A stretch of DNA of 59,256 nt, filler included, from Basidioascus undulatus (taxonomy: Eukaryota): NCBI GenBank assembly GCA_000826855.1. It is 7 parts of 7 records of this genome, joined end to end, with 100 filler letters (N's around TTAATTAATTAA, not from the genome) between each part and the next. Parts side by side here need not be neighbours in the genome. Positions count along the whole stretch, not along the records: positions 51,826 to 59,256 come from JTLS01001559.1; 6 more parts are not named here. One strand, written 5' to 3'. Position numbers and translations under genes: made by a program. The notes beneath the pieces were generated by a model. That model did no database searches and was not told the origin of the DNA. It worked only from the letters and a program-made list of their open reading frames with translations. Positions 52,490 through 59,256 of the stretch are shown one piece after another (within the stretch, counting starts at the first letter, position 1; every line of letters starts with the position of its first letter).

Positions 52490-53776
52490 TCACGCCTCTT
52501 TATCGAGCAGATCTGGCAAGAGGCAGCCCTGCAGCACCAAATTCCGAGCGAGAAGTATTAAGATCTTCTCGAACGTCTCCTTGAAGCGTTCGATGAGCGC
52601 GCTATCCACTGAGCCTTCGCGCCACACGACCGTGATGTTGAGCGAGCCGTTGCAGGTCGAGCGAGCTGGCATAAGAGAGCGGTGGAATTGTCAGCAAGGA
52701 TTATAAAATGAATATAAGAATGAAGAGGCACATTAAGACACAGCGCCGCCCCAATAGGCGACGGTGTCTGCGCGAAGCAGATTTCCTCGACCCTCTGCAA
52801 CTCCTGCACGACAACGCCCAAGTTCGACAGCTCCAACCCCGCGCGATACGGGTTCTCGGCTTTGATCCTGCCCTCCAACAAGACCTCCCACCCCGTCTTG
52901 TCCGGCGCCGGCATGTCCTCCGGGTTCGGGATGTACGCAAGGAGGCACATCTCGCCTTTTGCGCGCTCGCGGGCAGCGGGGCTCGAAAGCTCCGCTGCGT
53001 ACGCGCGCGCGACAGCCCAGAATTGCGTGTCAGGGGAGAGGACGACGGAGGAGTACAGGTCGGACGTAGTTTCCTCTTGCGTTAGGGTGGGAGAGCGCGG
53101 AGGAGCGGAGCGAGATGGCCGTCTCGGTTGCCAGGCGGAGGGGGTGCAAGGAGGAGGGCGTGGAGAGGAAGAGCGCTGCGAGGGCGGCGGTGTAAAAGAG
53201 AGGCTGGAACGTGCGGATGTTGTGCGTCTGCACTGTGCGCTTGAGGCCCGGGACGAGCGAGGCCGCGACGCGGAGAAGGGCGACGCGTCCGGGCTGGGTG
53301 CTCGGGCGGAGGGGCGGCAGGTTCGGCCAGTGCGGGGCGGGAGGCGCAGGGAGCAGGATGGATGGGAGGCGGGCAGGAACGACGGTCGCATGTCGATTGT
53401 GGACTCCAGCGTCGCCGGCAGCGCCGTGGGAGCGTCCGCCGGAGGATCGGCAGGCGGCGGGGAGGTGAGCAGCTCGAAGAGCTGCACAAAGAGGTCGCGC
53501 GTGCCGAGCCCGTCAGAGAGGACGTGGTTTAGCGCGAGAACGAGCCTCCGGGCGGTTTGGACCGTCACAGAGGGTAACACGCCAGAGCGGGCCGGTGCGG
53601 ATGTTGAACGCCCGGGCGTTCTCGAGCTCGGTCTGCATGAGCTCGTCATCCGATAGGGACGACGCCGAGACGCGGAAGATGTCGGAAGAAGAGATCGTGG
53701 GGTTATGCGCGTAGTGAGGGTGAGGAGTATGCGGTTCAGGTATCGAGCTTGCGAGGAGCGGGTATTAAGTGCAGCA
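52490..53776 (-). pseudogene. Alcohol acetyltransferase-like (CoA-dependent acyltransferase) pseudogene, main body
   Basis: YPLLASSIPEPHTPHPHY, ELENARAFNIRTGPLWRVT, LALNHVLSDGLG (HxxxDG), LPATLESTIDMRP, TETAISLR..HPNARGNYV, FWAVARAY, LELSNLG, ICFAQT. These blocks lie in different frames without introns between them (at least 3 frameshifts). Confidence 0.85.
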
Positions 53777-54079
53777 GTTGTGTGCACCTTTTGATTGACT
53801 GCATGCCATCGTTCGCTTGGACGCCTGAATACTTATGTGAACATTGTTCAAAATAGTGGTTTCCTTGTAAGCGCCAGAATTAAGAGACCTATTGTTTGCT
53901 TCCGGCGGACGTGTCGCACAGCTTTCAGAACGCTGTCAGCCGCGGCCGCCATGCCCACGACCTACGGACTGTCTCCACCATCACCTCTGCTTCACTTTCG
54001 TTTTCTCCTCTTCGCTATTGCTGGCCCGATTCTCTCTCTTGCCTGACTGACGCATCACTCTCGCTCTCACACTCACATC

Positions 54080-54281
54080 ATGCCCACTACGATCGCCGGC
54101 CGCGAGCTGGGTACGCTGCGCTCACAGATGCGTTCGACTTGTGCTGACCCTTCCCGCCAGGCTGCTACGAGCGCCACTCGCTTTCCCACACGCTCACGGG
54201 CCACTCCTCGATCATCCTCTTCCTCGGCGTACTTTCCTCAGCGCCCTCCCAAGCGACGCTGCAAATCGCCCACGCTACAAC
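54080..54281 (+). pseudogene. Detached N-terminal fragment of the same alcohol acetyltransferase (opposite strand)
   Basis: ATG at 54080 and a GT-AG intron at 54111-54160 give MPTTIAGRELGCYERHSLSHTLTGHSSIILFLGVLSSAPSQATLQIAHAT, which contains the RxLGxxER start motif of this family. Confidence 0.7.
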
Positions 54282-54322
54282 AGTCAAGACTCACGAACAA
54301 CCATATTAAATCCAAGCTCGGA

Positions 54323-55150
54323 TCAATTATGAAAAACCACTCCAACAGGACTAGGCACCTCCTTGATGTCTCCGTCCCCCTCGAACTCGTCCTCCACCCA
54401 CCTCCTCACGCTTGCCGTAGCCTCATCCGGCAGCGCAAACAAGACCTTCCGCAATTGCTCCCACTTCCTCTTCCAGAGCACCCTGTCCAGCCGCTCCGTC
54501 CCGCTGACCAGCTCGAGATACTCGAGTCGGGGCGAGTCCAACGCGATGCACGCGAGGCCGTCCGACTCCGCCTCGGAGAGCGGCGAGAGCGTCATGACGC
54601 TCAGCGCGAGGTGTCGAAGCGTGCTGTGCTGTCCGAGCAAAAATAGATCGGGTCCAGCGCGCGAAACGTCTTCGAGGTGGAGAGACAGACGGGTGAGAGG
54701 TGGGAGAAGGGGAGGGATAGATGCGGAAAAGGGCAGATTGGAGATCTTGTAGACGAAGCTGGTGAGGTTGGTCGTATTCACGAGCGCCTGCTGTAAGATC
54801 AAGAGCATGACCTGTCCTTCGTCCTCTGCTCTTCCCGTCCGGCGCCAGCTCCATGATGTCCGCGGCTCAGGAGCATTCGCTCGCTGCCCCATGAGCCGCA
54901 GCGTGCGAACATGGCGTGCGGTCTCGGGGCTCTGTGCGAGAGTGCGAAGGAGTAGGCGGAGAGAGGGGCCATAGCGAGCTTCGCAGCGGTTGTAGAGATG
55001 GGGCAAGGCCTGGTCGTGCAACTCGCTGCATGCGAGAAGGGTTGGGACGAGTGTAGAGGGTGTATGATGCCATCGGCCAGGAGAGAGGTATGAGAAGATC
55101 AAGGAGAGAACCTCGGGCGGAAGATCGAGAAGCGGGGAATGAGAAGACTG
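54323..55150 (-). CDS. F-box / LRR-like protein (5' exons uncertain, probably extend to about 55390)
   Basis: PLLDLPPEVLSLIFSYL…TLLACSELHDQALPHLY…LLLRTLAQSPETARHVRTLRL, followed by LxxLxL repeats. Confidence 0.75.
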   Translation of the reverse strand, partial: QSSHSPLLDLPPEVLSLIFSYLSPGRWHHTPSTLVPTLLACSELHDQALPHLYNRCEARYGPSLRLLLRTLAQSPETARHVRTLRLMGQRANAPEPRTSWSWRRTGRAEDEGQVMLLILQQALVNTTNLTSFVYKISNLPFSASIPPLLPPLTRLSLHLEDVSRAGPDLFLLGQHSTLRHLALSVMTLSPLSEAESDGLACIALDSPRLEYLELVSGTERLDRVLWKRKWEQLRKVLFALPDEATASVRRWVEDEFEGDGDIKEVPSPVGVVFHN

Positions 55151-56049
55151 AAATGCGTGATTTCGTAAGCAGTAAGATCAATGTAGATTTGATGAAAGGG
55201 AACGTGCAGGAGCAGTGCCTTCGAAGGCTGAGGGGGCGGCTTCGATGGCTCGCGGGCGAACGCGATCTCCCTATTGTCAACATCGCCCTAAGCACCTTGT
55301 ACGATAATGCTGGGCCTCGATGAGTGACCCACCAGTCCAATAATCAACTTTCGAAAGCCCGTCAGCTGGATGTACAGCGGATTCGACATGGCGAGCTGAT
55401 CGAGTACGACACGCATAAGAGATTGCCGACCAGGTCAGCACAGCCCGAACGTGCAGTCGGAGGGTCGAACGCGGCTCGAGTAATTGAGACCCACGGTATC
55501 AAGAACTATAGAGAGTGACATGTCGTGAAAAGTTTCGATGAGCACTCGAGAGCGCGAGCGACTGGTCAGAGGGAGGGGTCAGAGCGAGGGATTCGATGGT
55601 GGCGGTGCGGGATCAAGGGGGAATGGCCGCGACGGCCGGTCAAGAATCCATCTCGTGATCGTAACCCTTGCGGACGCCTAGCGGGTTGCATTCGTTCCCG
55701 AAGTGCTCAATGTTTAGAGGACCAGACAACACAGGATTAATTAGAGGCGGGTTGCATTCGCGCATTCACAGCAGCAGGGCGACGCAGAACAGCCGGTGCG
55801 CTTACACTGATTTCCGTAGGCCGCGTTGCAAGGTTCTATTGTCACGTATTTTACATCAGGGGGCTGCACAAAAAGCAATCGGGCATTCAGATGGAGAGGA
55901 GAAAGGGGAAGTGGTAAAACGTCAGATGATCCGGGGGCAGAAGGAGCGCGGATGAGATATGATGCGAGCGATGCTGAGAGTCCGACCCAGAGGAAGCGTT
56001 CGGAAATCCGCAATAAAGAAAAATAAAGAATAAAACAAGAAGGAATATC

Positions 56050-58524
56050 CTAGGAAGCGAGGAAAGCGATGATGCGGAAGTGGGTCTTTGACTTGTCGGG
56101 GTTGGCCGTTTCCTGCAGAAGCTCGCACTGCAGTAAAGCGGATGAGTGCCACACGCCAATAGGCAGGAGTCGGCCGACATACGGTGACGGTATGCCGACC
56201 GGGCGCGACGAACTCGTCTGAAGGATGGGACAAAGCCGTGAGCTGCCGGGCTGGGCTTCGCGGGCCGCTAGGAGACGCACCGATGTAGCCGACGGTGGGC
56301 AGGTTTTGGTCCTTCGTCCAGTATCCAACGAGAGTCTCTGCGCCCTTCTCGTTGTCGTCGACTGAAGATGAACATATACGTGAGCATCCGGGTGTTGAAA
56401 ACACGGTAGTCACCCATCGTGGTAAGATGGCACGCACTCCAGCACTTCGCGTTACCAAGATGGTACTGTCGTAAGGCGTGGATGTGAGCCTGGCGGTCGT
56501 CCGGGAAAGAGCAGCAGATAGCTACCTGCTTGCTACGGAAGAAGTACACCGCGACCTTGCCCAGCCCTGGCGCGACGTTGATCTCGGCGACAATCTTGGA
56601 TCCCGGCTTGTCCGAGACCCAGTAATGCTTTTCCCCATCCCACACGTACGGTTCCTGCCCAGACGAGCCGCCATCGAGTCAGCTCAGCTCCACGGAATTG
56701 CCTCTTGGGTCTCGTCTAAACGCACCCAGCCCTCCTTGCTAAGCGGCTCAAACGGCGTGAGCGGGTCGTTCGCACTTGCGCAGTACGGCCGCACCACGAA
56801 GTCGAGGTCGAGCTTGCGCGTGAGCAGCGGCGGGTTCGGATCGTTCGGGCTGTGCAGCGGCCCGAACATGGGGACGAGCGGGAGGGAGGAGCGCGACGGC
56901 TGGCGGAGGAGCCGCATCTTGGGGGCCTTCGGGTCGGAGACTTCGACGAGGCTGTCGAAAGGAAGGGTCGAGTTGATGAACGGCTCCTCGTCCTCCTCGT
57001 CGTCCGGCCGGGTCGGCGCGTCCAGCTCGAACTCGTCCTTCGGCCCTTGCTCGGCAGGCTTCGGCGCGATCGCGAGCTCGCGCTCCAGAGCGCACAGCTG
57101 TTGGAGAGCTATCAGAAGAGAATAAGGGGAAACAGAATACGAAGCAGCTGACCTGAGACTGAAGGTAGGCGATAAGGACATCCGCCATCATCTCGTGGCC
57201 GACTCGGTTCGGGTGCACACCGTCGTCGATCGAGCCGATCGCGTCCGTCATGTCGTACGGGTGCTTGAGATAGGTATCCCAAATAGCCGTCTTGACCCTA
57301 CATCGCACAAAATTTAATCGGCGGCTTGGTTGTTATGACACTGCAGCAGGAAGACGCACGAGATGTAGGGGACATCGTAGTAAATCGAGGGCGGCAGATG
57401 GAAGACGTCAGAGGTCGAGTAGCCGACGATCTGCGCCCAGAGCGGGGAGAAGGCGCCGAGGACGATGACAGCAGGTTCGTTCGGCATGGAGAGCAAGAGG
57501 CGGAGAAGCATGTCGAAGAACTGGGCGGTGGAGAGGTCCCTGCACAGTGAAGGGCGTCAGAAGACGTCCGCCAGAGGAGACGCAGAGATCGGCGGACTTG
57601 GGGTAGTCGTTGACATCGAACTGTCGGCCCGCCTATTAGCATGTCTTTATATAGCCTGGCAAAAAACAAACGTACCTCGAGAACGACGAGGTCCACATCG
57701 TTGGAGACGTGCTTGTCGGCGCAGAAGGCGAAGTAGCTGCTGTCCGTAGCGCCGATGGCGGCGTTGTACAGCCGGTTATTGCGGTTCGGGAAGACGTCGG
57801 ACCACCACTTGCCGAGAAGTGAAGGATATCCGTAAGGGTTGTAGTGCTGCTCCGTCCCTGGCGAACCAGAGCCGGGATGGAACGGCTGCAGCACCTCCTC
57901 CTCCGGCGCAGGCATCTTCAACCCGTGACAAGCAGAGACTGGTACCGCCTCTCAGATCAATCCCTCTCCCGCCCCTATTCGCAAGATATATGATATTCAC
58001 TCACCGCTCCCTCCCAGCACCGCCAGCGTGACGGGCTTCCCGCTCGCCGCCTTCTTGAGGACCTTCCGCACCCGCTCCCCGCTCCCTTCGAACAGCCGGC
58101 TACGCTGCAGCGTGTGCCTCCCGTACTCCTTGCATAGAACGTCCCCATCCGCCTTACATACGGGGCAGAAGTCGTACCGACTCGGCAGTGCCTCCTCGTC
58201 CGCACGGCACGAGCTCGAACCGCCCGAGGGAAGCAAGTTGGCGAAGGGTAGCCGCCAGCTGTTGCCGGCAGTGTTGAGAGAGGAAGTGGTCTTCACGCGT
58301 TGCAAAGAAGGGCGGCGGGAGCGGGAAGCGAGAGGTTCGGATGAGGAAGGGAAGGAGAAAGGATGCTGGCCGCTGAGGACGTTGAGGATGAGGTGGCCTG
58401 CGGGGACAGCTGCAATGAGCAACCAGTCTCACACACTAGAGTAGAAACTCGTACCGAGGACTAGCAGAATGAGCACAGATAGCGCTGTGCGCACAGTCGT
58501 CGGAAGGTGTCTTGGGAGTAACAT
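56050..58524 (-). CDS. Cap64/Cas3-like SGNH-hydrolase-fold protein (type II membrane)
   Basis: N-terminal transmembrane segment, then CPVC…LCKEYGRHTLQRSRLFEGSGERVRKVL, LAVLGGS (block I), NAAIGATDSSYFAFC (II), DLVVLEFDVND (III), DGVHPNRVGHEMMAD (V), EKHYWVSDKPGSKI, LGNAKCWVDDN, ending FRIIAFLAS*. Confidence 0.88.
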
Positions 58525-58550
58525 GGCGAGCAAGCCGGAGGAAGGAAGAC

Positions 58551-58594
58551 GGAAAGAACGCGACTGGAAAGAACGCGACTGGAAAGAACGCGAC
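58551..58594. repeat. 3 x 15-bp tandem repeat upstream of the Cap64-like ATG
   Basis: ggaaagaacgcgact ggaaagaacgcgact ggaaagaacgcgac. Confidence 0.9.
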
Positions 58595-59256
58595 CTGGTA
58601 CGAGAACAAGCGCGTCCACCCGCCAGCATATCAGGATACGCCGTGCAGTGCTGCGCGTGGCGGCGATACCGTAAATCTTGAGCTGAACACTCACAGTTCG
58701 GGCAACAGCCGAAGATCAACGATCAGACGCGATCAAGGTACGGAGTGTTCCTTTGAGGTCCACGCAAGACGATCCCAGATGTACTCTGCATCATGAATGG
58801 ACGTCAGAGCAAATAATGCATGTTCCACGGTATCGTTAGAGCCCTACAATGTTTAATAAGGTATACTGCGCGAGAAAGGAGGCTCGTAAAGAGAATCGGT
58901 CGAGCTGGCGTGGTGTGAAGTGCCAGAAGACGACCAGGGCCAGGCGAGCAAGTTGAACGCGCGTTGGGCGCCATGGTCTCGAAGCTCGCCGCCTCGAAGA
59001 GTGTTTCTCCGCAGCCTGTTCCCTGTGAGGTTAATTTCGGCACAATTGGTCAATACTTGCTTCATCAATCACCCCGAGATGTGAATGCACAAGTACTGTC
59101 GCGACGTGTCCAAAGGCCTGCAAAAGGCTGCGGAACCGAAATTGTCAAAATGAATAAAGAGTTTCCAGGTGTGCATTGGGTAAAATGGTTCTTCCGTGGA
59201 TTGAACACGGTGCCTTCAGGACTTCAATCTGACGCTCTCCCAGATGAGCTAAAGAA

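Overview
This is eukaryotic DNA from an intron-rich, GC-rich basidiomycete fungus (Pucciniomycotina-like by gene style; the taxon is my inference). It is not one locus. Seven contigs (1-7449, 7550-14995, 15096-22540, 22641-36651, 36752-44190, 44291-51725, 51826-59256) are joined by artificial 100-bp linkers (44 N + TTAATTAATTAA + 44 N), so gene order across linkers has no meaning. Genes recognised by manually splicing the ORF track: COX11, a secreted GH5 glucanase, an RluA/Pus5-type pseudouridine synthase, ASK1, an R/D-rich conserved protein, a type-B carboxylesterase, a Kv-beta-type aldo-keto reductase, cytochrome c peroxidase, a UPF0643 fragment, UBC13, a Btb1/IBTK-like C-terminus, SPO22/ZIP4, an F-box protein and a Cap64-like SGNH protein. 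Several accessory genes are decayed: a kinase, a P450, an SDR, an alcohol acetyltransferase, and F-box and membrane-protein relics. I found no rRNA, tRNA, CRISPR array or intact transposase, and no convincing new multi-gene system. The most notable observations are: (1) an alcohol-acetyltransferase gene split onto opposite strands by an apparent ~0.5-kb inversion bounded by a 5-bp inverted microhomology; (2) a 337-bp MITE-like element; (3) a CpG-depleted island with mutated hairpins. All family assignments come from motif recognition; no database searches were run. Spliced-gene coordinates span start to stop codon, including introns.
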